A stretch of DNA of 64,000 bases from the NCBI GenBank assembly GCA_017563185.1, contig JAFXIL010000195.1:16159-80158 (forward strand), in the 5' to 3' direction. The notes under the pieces were generated by a model, which did no database searches, was not told the origin of the DNA, and saw only the letters and a list, made by a program, of their open reading frames with translations. Made by a program: the position numbers and the translations under genes. This DNA comes from Kiritimatiellia bacterium. Its GTDB lineage: Bacteria; Verrucomicrobiota; Kiritimatiellia; RFP12; UBA1067. Shown one piece after another: positions 35,685 through 46,280 of the stretch (position 1 is its first letter; each line of letters starts with the position of its first letter).

Positions 35685-36185
35685 GTGCGCATGCTCTTCG
35701 CAAACGTGATAAGAGACTTCAATCCGGGGAACTACTTTCTGCATCCGTGGTTCTGGTCCGCGTTTCTCGCCTGGATCACGGCGCAGACGATCAAGATAGT
35801 GCGCTCCGCGGTGAAGACGAAGTCCATTGACTTCGAGTACCTCGTCTCCACCGGCGGAATGCCGAGCGCGCATTCCGCCATGGTGATGGGCCTCGCCACG
35901 TCGATCGGGCTCACCGAGGGCTTCGGCTCGCCCGTCGCCATGCTCGCGCTAGGTTTCGCGGCCGTGACCACGTTCGACGCCGCCACCGTGCGCCATGCCG
36001 CCGGCGAGCAGGCGAAGGTGCTCAACCGCATCATGAAGAACCTCGTCACATCGCATCAGTTCCCCTCGGTCACTCATCTCAAGGAGCTTCTTGGCCATAC
36101 GCGCAAGGAGGTGTGCTGGGGGATGGTGACAGGTGTGTGCGTGGCCGTGGCGGTGTGCAGCCTCTGGCCCGCGCGCTTTTCGTAG
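35685..36185 (+). CDS. divergent PAP2-family (DUF212) membrane protein
   Basis: A small 4-TM protein with GGMPSAHSA, the acid-phosphatase-like motif of the divergent PAP2 family. The start is GTG at 35685 or ATG at 35691, directly after the nagA stop. Confidence 0.6.
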   Translation: MRMLFANVIRDFNPGNYFLHPWFWSAFLAWITAQTIKIVRSAVKTKSIDFEYLVSTGGMPSAHSAMVMGLATSIGLTEGFGSPVAMLALGFAAVTTFDAATVRHAAGEQAKVLNRIMKNLVTSHQFPSVTHLKELLGHTRKEVCWGMVTGVCVAVAVCSLWPARFS

Positions 36186-36214
36186 GTGCCGCAAAACGAC
36201 ATGGTTTACAGCCA

Positions 36215-37834
36215 ATGAGACGCATCATAAAGTATTTCGACAACCTTGCCGCGCCGGCGCTTCTGGCGGCGGGGGCCTTGCTTTGCCTGGCATTCGCGGC
36301 CGTGTGGTTCGGCGGGCTCAACCAGGACGAAGGATGGTACCTGTACGCCGCTCAGATGGTGCGCGCCGGCCATGTGCCCTACCGCGACTTCTTCTACACG
36401 CAGGGGCCGGCCATGCCGTTCGTCTATTCGGTGCTTGCGCCTCTGTGGGGACGCGGCTCGCCGCTGCAGGGGCTTCTGGGTGGACGCATCGTCACGCTCC
36501 TCATAGGGCTTCTCGGCACCGGATGCGCCGTGGCGCTGGCGCGCCGTCTCGTGCCGCCCGCGCGCCGCACGGCGGCCGCGGTCGTCGTGTTTGCTCTTCT
36601 AGCCTGCAATCTCTACCACCTCTACTTCAACACGATTCCGAAGACGTACGCGCTTGGCGGGCTCTTCCTGATGGCGGGGCTCCTGCTGATCGTGCGCGGA
36701 CTCGAGGCGGGCGGCACGAAGGGCGGCGCATGCCTCTTCACCGGCGGCCTCTCGCTTGCGTTCGCCACAGGCACGCGCATCTCGCTGCTGCTCGTCCTGC
36801 CCGTGGTGGGCGTCACGCTGCTCGTCCGCTTCCGCACGTTCAGGTGGAGCTTCGCGTGGTACGGCTTCGGCGGGGCAACGGGGCTGCTGCTCACTTACGG
36901 CGTGTTCACGCTGGACGCGGATTCGCTGCGCGGCCTCCTCGCGGCGCAGAGCTACCACGCGGCGCGCGGCGGGTTCGACCCGTTCTTCGTCATAGGCAGC
37001 GTGAGCCGTCTCGTGCGGGGCTATCTTGCGCTGGGAGCGGCGTTCTTCGCCGCAGTCTGTCTCTGCGCGCGCGGGGAGGCGTCCTGCGAGGAAGAGCCCG
37101 AACGCGGCCGGGAGGTGGCGCGCACGATGTTCTGGATTCTGGGCCTCGGCTTCGCGGCGGTCTTCGCGCTGCAGCTCAGCGCGCCGTTCCCATACGACGA
37201 CTACCAGGTGCCGATAATGGGAATGCTCGCGGTGCTTGTGGCCGCGTGGCTGGTGCGGAGGCTGCCGGACGGGGATGCGTGGCGCGTTGGGGCCGCATGG
37301 TTCGTGGTTCTGACGGCATCGGCTGTCTCGTTCGCCTCGCCGCTCCTGCAGGAGTGGGCGGCGTACAGCAACGATCGCTTCTGGAGCCAGAAGAAGGAGA
37401 TGACCGAGCTCGCGAAGCTGCGCGCGGTGGGGCGCAAGATAGAGGCGCTCGATCCAGGCGGCGACACGCTTCTCACGCAGGATCTTTATCTCGCGGTGGA
37501 GACCGGGCGCACCGTGCCACGCGGGCTTGAGATGGGGCCGTTCTGCTATTTTGCCGACCTGCCGGACGACGACGCGCGCGCCCTGCACGTGATGAACCGC
37601 TCGCTCATGGAGCAGCTGCTCGAATCCGCCCCGTCTCCCGTCGCCGCATGCAGCGGCTACGCATTCGCCATCACCGCCCCGTCGTGCAGGGAGACCTCCT
37701 TCGACGAGCAGACCCGCGCCTTCAAGGTGCTGAAACGCCACTACGCGCGCACCGAGAGCGTGCTCAACTTCGGGCAGAACACCACAACGCTTCTTCTCTT
37801 CAAGCGCCGCAGCGCCGCTCCGCAGGGAGAGTGA
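36215..37834 (+). CDS. GT39/ArnT-like polytopic membrane glycosyltransferase (tentative)
   Basis: An N-terminal ~350-aa multi-TM region with a DE/loop motif (GLNQDEGWYLYAAQMVRAGHVPYRDFFYTQGP) resembles the PMT/ArnT/YkcB family. A soluble domain follows at the C-terminus. Confidence 0.6.
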   Translation: MRRIIKYFDNLAAPALLAAGALLCLAFAAVWFGGLNQDEGWYLYAAQMVRAGHVPYRDFFYTQGPAMPFVYSVLAPLWGRGSPLQGLLGGRIVTLLIGLLGTGCAVALARRLVPPARRTAAAVVVFALLACNLYHLYFNTIPKTYALGGLFLMAGLLLIVRGLEAGGTKGGACLFTGGLSLAFATGTRISLLLVLPVVGVTLLVRFRTFRWSFAWYGFGGATGLLLTYGVFTLDADSLRGLLAAQSYHAARGGFDPFFVIGSVSRLVRGYLALGAAFFAAVCLCARGEASCEEEPERGREVARTMFWILGLGFAAVFALQLSAPFPYDDYQVPIMGMLAVLVAAWLVRRLPDGDAWRVGAAWFVVLTASAVSFASPLLQEWAAYSNDRFWSQKKEMTELAKLRAVGRKIEALDPGGDTLLTQDLYLAVETGRTVPRGLEMGPFCYFADLPDDDARALHVMNRSLMEQLLESAPSPVAACSGYAFAITAPSCRETSFDEQTRAFKVLKRHYARTESVLNFGQNTTTLLLFKRRSAAPQGE

Positions 37835-37838
37835 CACT

Positions 37839-40211
37839 TTGGACGGAAGCAGGAAAGATGCGGAGTCTGACGCCGCGCTGTTCATGGACGACCCCAACTG
37901 GGCGGCGTTCATTCCCGACGCCCCGCAGGGCGGGCCGAAGTGCCGGATGGTGCCGCACGAGGACTGCTCGCCGCTGGACGTTGACGCCGTGGTGCGCCAT
38001 CTTGAGAGCGGCGGCATTCTCGGCTCCATGCAGGGATACGAGACTCGCCCAGGCCAGCTTGAGATGGTCCGCGCCGTCACATGCGCGTTCAACGGCAGAG
38101 AGCACCTGATGGTCGAGGCAGGCACCGGAGTTGGCAAGTCGCTTGCATACCTCGTGCCCGCCGTGCAGTGGAGCTTCCTGAACGACACGCCAGTGGTGCT
38201 CTCCACCGCCACGCGAAATCTCCAGAGCCAGCTCATATCGAGCGATCTGCCGCGCGCCGCGAAGACTCTTGGCGACGACGCCGGAAAGTTCCGCGCCACG
38301 GTGCTCAAGGGACGAGTGAACTATCTTTGCCTGCGCGCGCTCGGCGAATACATGCAGGGAGGGTATTGGACGCTCTCGGACGACGAACGCGAGGCGTTCG
38401 ACAAGTTCCTCGGATGGCTGCGCCGCACGGAAGACGGCGACCTGGACGACCTGGGCGACGAGGAGATGCGCGCGCGCCTCTCGTGTCCAAGCGAGGACTG
38501 CGCGGGAAGGACGTGTCCGTTCCGCGCAAAGTGCTTCGTGGCCAAGGCCCGCGCCCGCGCCCGCGAAGCGCATGTGGTGGTGGTGAACCACGCGCTTGTG
38601 CTTGCGGACTCCGAGAGCGCCGGCTCGGAGCTTCTGCCCGCGTACGGACGCATCGTCTTCGACGAGGCGCACAACCTCGAGGACATAGCAACGGAGTTTC
38701 TTTCGTACGAGCTTTCGCGTCCCGCCCTCGCCCGGCTTCTCGGCAGGCTGGCGCGTCCTTCCCGGTCGCGGCGCGGCCCCGGCCGCACGCGCGGCGTCTT
38801 GGGCGCGGTGGAGCGCCAGCTGCAGCGCGGCGCGTTTCCGAACAAGGACGCCGCCGTCGAGGCTCGAGAGCTTCTCACGAAGACGCATGTGCAGATGCGC
38901 TTCGTGCAGAGCGCCGGGGAGGCGCTCTTCGCGGTGCTGGAGCGCCTCTTCTCGCCCGCTCCGAAGGAGAGCGTGATACGCTTCCGCTGCGTTCCGCAGA
39001 GGCAGTATTCGCTGAGGGGGCTTTTCGCGGACTATTCGCCTGCGCAGTGGAGCGAGGAAGAGCTCTTGAACGCGGGCATTGCGTTCGAAGACGCGCTGGC
39101 GCGCCTTCAGGGATGCGTGTTCGACCTCGCCGAGGCGCTCGCGGCAGCCTCGCCAGGCGTGCCGCAGCAGGACGATCCCTCAGCGCAGATCAAGGCCGTG
39201 GCGGATTCGATCAAGGACTTCATGCTGGAGAGCAAATTCATCCTCAGCTCAAGCGATCCGTCGCGCGCCTACTGGGCGGAGCGCCGCCCCGGCAGCGCCC
39301 GCGCCCGCCAGGGCGCGTACGTGCGCCTTGTGGCCGCGCCTCTCTCGGTCGCGGGCGAACTGAAGAAGCGGTTCTACGACGCCAAGGACTCCGTGGTGCT
39401 CTGCTCCGCCACGCTGCGCGCCGGCGACAAGTTCGACTACATGGCGAGGAAGCTCGGCGTGTCGCTCGTTGAGGCGGGGCGCGTCCGCTCGCTCGTGGCG
39501 GCCTCGCCGTTCGACTACCTTCGCCAGGCCTGCGTGCTCGCTTGCGACTTTCTGCCCGACCCCTCGGCGAACGCCGTCGAATACGGCGCCGCGCTTGTGG
39601 ACGTGCTGCGTGACGTCTTCGTCGCCACCGATGGACGAGCCCTCGTTCTCTTCACCGCATACGAGATGATGCGCGCCGTCGCGGAGAACGTGCGCGCCCC
39701 CCTTGAAGAGGCTGGGATGGATCTTCTCGTGCAGGGCGACGGCCTTTCGCGCGAGGGCATGGTGGCCGCCCTCAAGAAATGCGGCGCCCCATCGAAGGGA
39801 AAGCGCGCGCGGCGCGTGGTGCTTTTCGGCGCGCAGTCGTTCTGGGAGGGGGTGGACGTGCCAGGCGAGGCGCTCAGCTGCGTGGTGCTGGCGCGTCTGC
39901 CGTTTCCGCAGGTGGGCGAGCCGATCGTGGAGGCGAGAAGCGACCGCATCAAGGAGAACGGCGGCTCGCCGTTCCGCGACTACATGCTGCCCGAGGCGAT
40001 CATCCGCTTCCGCCAGGGATTCGGACGCCTTGTGCGCACGAAGCGCGACAGGGGAGTCGTGGTGGTGACCGACCCAAGAGTGGTCACGAAGAACTACGGC
40101 GCGATGTTCCGCAAGGCGGTGCCCGCGAGCGTTCATTCCGTGCCGACTCTGGCGGAGCTCAGCGCGCGCACCGCAGCGTTTCTGCACGTGGAGCCTAAGA
40201 GCCTCATTTGA
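37839..40211 (+). CDS. dinG: DinG/Rad3-family ATP-dependent DNA helicase (Fe-S type)
   Basis: Walker A is EAGTGVGKSLAYLVP, and the DEAH-like motif is FDEAHNL. The Fe-S Cys cluster is CLRALGE…SCPSEDCAGRTCPFRAKCF. A C-terminal helicase_C_2 domain is present (VLFTAYEMM…GSFWEGVDVPGEAL). It is 790 aa with a probable TTG start. Confidence 0.85.
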   Translation: MDGSRKDAESDAALFMDDPNWAAFIPDAPQGGPKCRMVPHEDCSPLDVDAVVRHLESGGILGSMQGYETRPGQLEMVRAVTCAFNGREHLMVEAGTGVGKSLAYLVPAVQWSFLNDTPVVLSTATRNLQSQLISSDLPRAAKTLGDDAGKFRATVLKGRVNYLCLRALGEYMQGGYWTLSDDEREAFDKFLGWLRRTEDGDLDDLGDEEMRARLSCPSEDCAGRTCPFRAKCFVAKARARAREAHVVVVNHALVLADSESAGSELLPAYGRIVFDEAHNLEDIATEFLSYELSRPALARLLGRLARPSRSRRGPGRTRGVLGAVERQLQRGAFPNKDAAVEARELLTKTHVQMRFVQSAGEALFAVLERLFSPAPKESVIRFRCVPQRQYSLRGLFADYSPAQWSEEELLNAGIAFEDALARLQGCVFDLAEALAAASPGVPQQDDPSAQIKAVADSIKDFMLESKFILSSSDPSRAYWAERRPGSARARQGAYVRLVAAPLSVAGELKKRFYDAKDSVVLCSATLRAGDKFDYMARKLGVSLVEAGRVRSLVAASPFDYLRQACVLACDFLPDPSANAVEYGAALVDVLRDVFVATDGRALVLFTAYEMMRAVAENVRAPLEEAGMDLLVQGDGLSREGMVAALKKCGAPSKGKRARRVVLFGAQSFWEGVDVPGEALSCVVLARLPFPQVGEPIVEARSDRIKENGGSPFRDYMLPEAIIRFRQGFGRLVRTKRDRGVVVVTDPRVVTKNYGAMFRKAVPASVHSVPTLAELSARTAAFLHVEPKSLI

Positions 40212-40213
40212 GT

Positions 40214-40343
40214 TTAACGCAGAGACGCAGAGACGCATAGGCGCAGAGAATCCCATATAAAGCAGAAAGAGAATGAGAATCGAAACTATGAAGAATATGA
40301 GCACATACGATTCTTTCTCCGCGCCTCTGCGCCTCTGCGTTAA
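40214..40343. repeat. imperfect inverted repeat: 23-bp arms (TTAACGCAGAGACGCAGAGACGC / GCGCCTCTGCGCCTCTGCGTTAA, 2 mismatches) built from tandem CGCAGAGA octamers, flanking an 84-bp AT-rich core
   Basis: Left arm 40214-40236; right arm 40321-40343. Arm similarity extends, with gaps, to about 39 bp (…GCGCAGAGAATC / GATTCTTTCTCCGCGC…). The core (ccatataaagcagaaagagaatgagaatcgaaactatgaagaatatgagcacatacg) is AT-rich, unlike the rest of the genome. It lies between dinG and hrpB. Confidence 0.85.
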
Positions 40344-40393
40344 GAAATGCGAGTGGCAACAGAGGAATTTAGGCGGGGGGATAGGCCTTGCAG

Positions 40394-42805
40394 ATGAGAG
40401 AGATGTTTCCAGTTGAGAGGATAATCCCGGCAGTGGCCGCCTCGCTCGAGCGGAACCGCAGCGTTGTGCTGCGCGCGCCGCCCGGAAGCGGCAAGACCAC
40501 ATGCGTACCGCCGGCGCTTCTCGACGCGCCGTTTCTGAAGGGACGCAAGATCCTCATGCTCGAGCCGCGGCGTCTCGCGGCGAGAAGCTGCGCCGCCTTC
40601 ATCGCCCGCCGCATGGGCGAGGCGGTGGGCGACACTGTTGGATACCAGGTGCGCCTTGAGCGCAAGGTTTCGGCCCGCACGCGCCTCGAGATCGTCACGG
40701 AGGGTCTGCTCGCGCAGAGGCTCGTGTCGGATCCCGAGCTTGCCGACGTCGGGCTTGTGATCTTCGACGAGTTCCACGAACGTTCCCTGCAGTGCGATCT
40801 CGGGTTCGCGATGGCGCTCGACGTGAGGCGCGCGCTGCGCGAAGACCTGCGCATCCTCGTGATGTCCGCAACGCTCGACGTGGAGTCTGTTGCCGCCCAC
40901 ATGGGCGATGCCGACGTCCACTTCGCCGAGGCGCGCATGTTCCCGGTCGAGACGCGCTACCTGCAGGTGGAGTCGCTCGCGCCCATATCGGCACAGATGG
41001 CCGGCGCAGTGCGGCGCGCGCTAGCGGAGCCTGGCGGCGACGTTCTCTGCTTCCTGCCCGGCGAGGGCGAGATAAGGCGCTGCCAGGAGGAGCTCTGCGA
41101 CGACGCCGCGTCGCTCGGCGGCGCGGAGGTGCTGCCGCTCTACGGCGCGCTCCCGAAGGAGGCGCAGGACCGCGCGGTGGCGCGCCGGACGCCAGGCGAC
41201 GGCGGGGCGAGGCGGGTGATCCTCGCCACATCGATCGCCGAGACCTCTCTCACAATCGATGGCGTGACAACGGTGATAGACTCCGGCCTGATGCGCGTTA
41301 GCAGGTTCTCGCCAAGTTCCGGCATGAGCCGCCTAGAGACGCTGCGCCTCACGCGCGACAGGGCCGACCAGCGGCGCGGACGCGCCGGACGCGTTGCGCC
41401 GGGCGTGTGCCTGCGGCTCTGGACCGAAGCGCAGGACCGCCAGCTGCAGAGCGCCATGCAGCCCGAGATAATGGACGCCGATCTCGCCCCCGTCGTGCTC
41501 ACCGCCGCCACATGGGGCACGACGGCGCTGGACGGCCTCCCCTGGCTCACGCCGCCGCCGTGGTCCTCCTGGGAGAATGCGAAGTCCCTGCTCCGCTCTC
41601 TCGGCGCGCTCGACGGAGAAGGGCGCATCACCGAGCGCGGCCGGTCGATGGCCCGCCTCGCCGCTCATCCCCGCCTCGCGAACATGATGCTGCACGACCG
41701 CCGCTCCGCCTACTGGGCCGCCATTCTCGAAGAGGGCTCGCGTTCGCGAGAGACGGACATCTCGCGGATACATCCCACACCGAGAATGCTCGAGCTCGCA
41801 CGGCGCTGGGGATGGCGGCGCGGCGACGATCCGCCCGATCCCGCAGCGCTTGCATACGCTTTCCCCGACCGCATCGCCCGCAACCGCGGCAACGGCACGT
41901 TCCAGATGACGTGCGGACGCGGCGCGTTCATGGACCGTGCCGAGGTGCTTTCCTCCTCGCCGTTTCTAGTCTTGTGCGAGCTGGACGACCGCGGCGGCGA
42001 TGCCAAGGTGCATCTTGCCGCGTACATCGGCCTTGACGATATTGAGAGCATCTTCGCCGATGAGATCACCGAGGGCACCACAACGGAATGGGATAGGCGC
42101 GCCGAGGCGGTTAAGGCCGTCCGCCAGACGAGGCTCGGGAAGATGGTGATCGAGGAGGGCGGCCAGTCTAGTCCGCGCGAGGAGGACGTGCAGGCCGCGC
42201 TCTTTGCGGGCATGCGCCAGAAGGGCGTGGCGAACCTGCCGTGCTGGACGCCCGGTCTGCGCCAGCTTCAGGCGCGGATATGCTTTCTCCACCGCGTTCT
42301 CGCGGATGAGGCGTGGCCTGACGTTTCGGACGCGGCGCTTGAGGCTCATCTTGAGGCTTGGTTTGCAGGGTTCACGCTCGGCATGAGCCGGTGGGCGCAT
42401 CTTGCGAAGCTCGACCTTGCGGCCGTGTTCGACTGCGCGCTCGCTGAGGCGGGGCTCGACAGGCGCGCGCTCGACAGGCTTGCTCCTGTGAAGATGCAGG
42501 TGCCTAGCGGGTCGATGATGACGATCCACTACGAGGAGGACGAGCCGTTCGTGGCGGTGCGTCTGCAGGAATGCTTTGGGCTTCTCGCCACGCCGAAGGT
42601 GGCGGGTGGGAGAGTGCCGATCGTGATGCGGCTACTTTCGCCGGCGCAGCGTCCCGTGCAGGTGACTAAGGATCTCGAGGGCTTCTGGAAGACGAGCTAC
42701 GCGCTTGTGCGCAAGGACATGAGGGGCCGCTATCCAAAGCACTACTGGCCGGAGGACCCGTCAATCGCCGAGCCCACCCGCCGCGTGCGGCCAGCCAGGA
42801 GCTAG
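40394..42805 (+). CDS. hrpB: ATP-dependent RNA helicase HrpB
   Basis: Walker A is PPGSGKTT. Further markers are DEFHERS (the DEAH box), SATLD, and the HrpB-specific C-terminal domain. It is about 800 aa. Candidate starts are the ATGs at 40394 and 40403 and a TTG at 40388. Confidence 0.9.
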   Translation: MREMFPVERIIPAVAASLERNRSVVLRAPPGSGKTTCVPPALLDAPFLKGRKILMLEPRRLAARSCAAFIARRMGEAVGDTVGYQVRLERKVSARTRLEIVTEGLLAQRLVSDPELADVGLVIFDEFHERSLQCDLGFAMALDVRRALREDLRILVMSATLDVESVAAHMGDADVHFAEARMFPVETRYLQVESLAPISAQMAGAVRRALAEPGGDVLCFLPGEGEIRRCQEELCDDAASLGGAEVLPLYGALPKEAQDRAVARRTPGDGGARRVILATSIAETSLTIDGVTTVIDSGLMRVSRFSPSSGMSRLETLRLTRDRADQRRGRAGRVAPGVCLRLWTEAQDRQLQSAMQPEIMDADLAPVVLTAATWGTTALDGLPWLTPPPWSSWENAKSLLRSLGALDGEGRITERGRSMARLAAHPRLANMMLHDRRSAYWAAILEEGSRSRETDISRIHPTPRMLELARRWGWRRGDDPPDPAALAYAFPDRIARNRGNGTFQMTCGRGAFMDRAEVLSSSPFLVLCELDDRGGDAKVHLAAYIGLDDIESIFADEITEGTTTEWDRRAEAVKAVRQTRLGKMVIEEGGQSSPREEDVQAALFAGMRQKGVANLPCWTPGLRQLQARICFLHRVLADEAWPDVSDAALEAHLEAWFAGFTLGMSRWAHLAKLDLAAVFDCALAEAGLDRRALDRLAPVKMQVPSGSMMTIHYEEDEPFVAVRLQECFGLLATPKVAGGRVPIVMRLLSPAQRPVQVTKDLEGFWKTSYALVRKDMRGRYPKHYWPEDPSIAEPTRRVRPARS

Positions 42806-43854
42806 TCGTCCAGCTCCACCGACGTGGCGGCATCGGGCGCTGGCAGATCGCCACCGGCCTCCACCATGGTCGCCGCGTTGTACACGGCGTCCCAGGTCTG
42901 CAAGCGCGCCTCGCGGTCCTTCACGAGCATGTTGGCCACAAGATGCGCGAAGCCGCGCGAGAGCTCGGGCGCGAGCTGGCGGGGGTCTGGAGCGTGCGCC
43001 ATGGGGTCCACGTGCGCGCGCAGGATTTCGTCGTTGTCCATCAGCGGAAAGAGCATGCGGCCTGTGGTGAGGTGGTAGAGCGCGGCGCCGAGGCAGTAGA
43101 TGTCGGCCCGGCAGTCGAGCTCCTTGTCGCAGTATATCTGCTCTGGGCTGATGTATGCCGGCGTGCCGATCACCTCTTCCTTCTCGTCGTAGCGGTGCAT
43201 CACGGCGGTGGACTGGCAGAGGCCGAGGTCCATCACCTTCACCGTGCCGTCGCGGTCCACCATTATGTTCTCGGGCTTTAGGTCGCAGTGAACGATGCCG
43301 AAGAGATCCCACGCGTACTTCATCGCGTCGGCCACCGACTCGCAGACGATGAGCGCGTCCGACTCGGAGATGCGCTTCTTGCGGTTCTGCAGCGAGCCGA
43401 ACGTGTAGCCGTCCACATAGTCCATGATCAGGTAGTATCGTCCGTCAACGCAGTCCGCGCCGTAGCCCTGCACGATGCCCTGGTGGTGGAGGTCCGTCAT
43501 CATGCGCACCTCCGACATGAACTGGCGGATGTCCTGCCCGGTGGCTGTGAACTTTTCGTCCAGCACCTTCACGGCCACGAAGCGCTGCAGCTCCTTGTGC
43601 CATGCGCGCCACACAACGGCCATCCCGCCGCGTCCGACGATCGCGTCGAAGCGCAGGAAGGGGAGGTTGGGGGGAGTGTCGCGCGAGATTTTCTTCACCA
43701 CGCGCGTCTGCTGCACGGCGTCTGGCTCTGGGGATGGGATGCCGATCTTCGGGCGAAGCACGACGTGGGCGTTGGAGGGCCGCTTTGCGAAGCGGTATTT
43801 GCGGCGCGGCGCATCGCCGTCCGCCGCAGGGGGTGTGTTGTCTGCTGCTTCCAT
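42802..43854 (-). CDS. Ser/Thr protein kinase (Hanks-type), cytoplasmic
   Basis: Motifs: VAVKVL (the VAIK-like Lys), HCDLKPENIM (the catalytic loop), DLGL (DFG-like), and GTPAYISPE (the APE-like activation segment). It is 350 aa. Its ATG overlaps the stop of the upstream zinc-finger gene (TAATG), and its stop overlaps the convergent hrpB stop (CTAG). Confidence 0.85.
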   Translation of the reverse strand: MEAADNTPPAADGDAPRRKYRFAKRPSNAHVVLRPKIGIPSPEPDAVQQTRVVKKISRDTPPNLPFLRFDAIVGRGGMAVVWRAWHKELQRFVAVKVLDEKFTATGQDIRQFMSEVRMMTDLHHQGIVQGYGADCVDGRYYLIMDYVDGYTFGSLQNRKKRISESDALIVCESVADAMKYAWDLFGIVHCDLKPENIMVDRDGTVKVMDLGLCQSTAVMHRYDEKEEVIGTPAYISPEQIYCDKELDCRADIYCLGAALYHLTTGRMLFPLMDNDEILRAHVDPMAHAPDPRQLAPELSRGFAHLVANMLVKDREARLQTWDAVYNAATMVEAGGDLPAPDAATSVELDD

Positions 43855-44455
43855 TAGCGCTTCTCCCTCTTGGGCGTTCCGCCCTGGCCATGGCACTTTC
43901 TGCACACCACGCCGCCCCTGCCCATGCAGTCGGGGCATACGATCTTGCCTATGCCCGAGCATCCGCCGCACGGCGTCACCAGCATCTTCGCGTACTTCAT
44001 GGACGATCTCATCCCCGCGGTGGTGGTCTTCTGCGAGACGATCCATCCCGGCTTTCCGTTCTTGTTGCCTCCTCCGCTCTGGCACTTGCGGCAGGCCTGG
44101 TATCCCGTGCCATGGCACTTGCGGCAGGCCGTCACGCCGGCCCACCTGCATTCGGGGCATGCGTCCAGTCCATTGCGCTCCTCCTCTGGCGGTGCCTTCA
44201 CGAACAGTCTGTACGTCTCGTGACGGCCAGTGCCGGAACACAGCGGACACGTCTTGTACTTCACGTCGAAGCGGTGCGTGGTGAACGGCTTGCCCGGGGT
44301 GACGCCGATTTCGCCGTCGTACTGCCCGAGGTTGGGCGGAGTGAGGGATAGCGAGCGTTTGCCTCTGCAGGCGGCGCATGGCGACGACTGCATTGTGGGC
44401 TCGGCGAAGAGCGCTACGACGGCGGCGATTGCGAAGACGAACGTTGCTTGCGTTT

Positions 44456-44459
<4 letters not shown>
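43854..44459 (-). CDS. secreted Cys-rich zinc-finger protein with DnaJ-type CxxCxGxG repeats
   Basis: It has a signal peptide (MKTQATFVFAIAAVVALFAEP). At least 7 CxxC pairs are present, several as CxxCxGxG (CPLCSGTG, CRKCHGTG, CGGCSGIG, CRKCHGQG). Its start overlaps the stop of the response-regulator gene (ATGA). Confidence 0.6.
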
Positions 44460-45811
<1,352 letters not shown>

Positions 45812-45840
45812 TTACTTCCTTGTTAGGTTCATTCCTATGA

Positions 45841-46272
45841 TCAAGTATCGTCGGTAGTCATCCACCCCGGCTTGATTTCCTCTGCCATTGCGCATACAAG
45901 TGCAGCTGGACCGTATCCGATTCTGTCGGCCGCTTTCATCGCCTCTAATGCCTTCATGGGGTCTTTCTTGCAACCTTGTCCCATGCCTAATCTGATTCCC
46001 TTTTCATAAAGCATTTTCCCATGGTTGTACATTCCCGTGTTTACATGATTCATCCTGCTTCCGCGGTTTTCAGCGTCCTTGATCACGTTACTTGTCGCCA
46101 TTGCAGAAAGAAAGATCATTGATACGGTGACAGAGAGCTGTAGCCTCCATGACAGGGCACGTATCACGCGAAGAAGTGCGCGCGAACAGTCGGAACCGCC
46201 GTACCAGTCGGCAGCGATCTTGTTCTTAAGCTCTTCGAGGATGGAGAATGGATATTTCACTGTTGTGCCCAC
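45841..46272 (-). CDS. small Sel1-like repeat protein (tentative; GTG start; low-GC segment)
   Basis: 143 aa. The C-terminal half (GMYNHGKMLYEKGIRLGMGQGCKKDPMKALEAMKAADRIGYGPAALVCAMAEE) fits a Sel1/TPR-like repeat. GC is about 50% against about 68% for the genome. It is tightly spaced between the lipoprotein gene and the RR gene. Confidence 0.4.
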   Translation of the reverse strand: MGTTVKYPFSILEELKNKIAADWYGGSDCSRALLRVIRALSWRLQLSVTVSMIFLSAMATSNVIKDAENRGSRMNHVNTGMYNHGKMLYEKGIRLGMGQGCKKDPMKALEAMKAADRIGYGPAALVCAMAEEIKPGWMTTDDT

Positions 46273-46280
46273 GGCATCTT

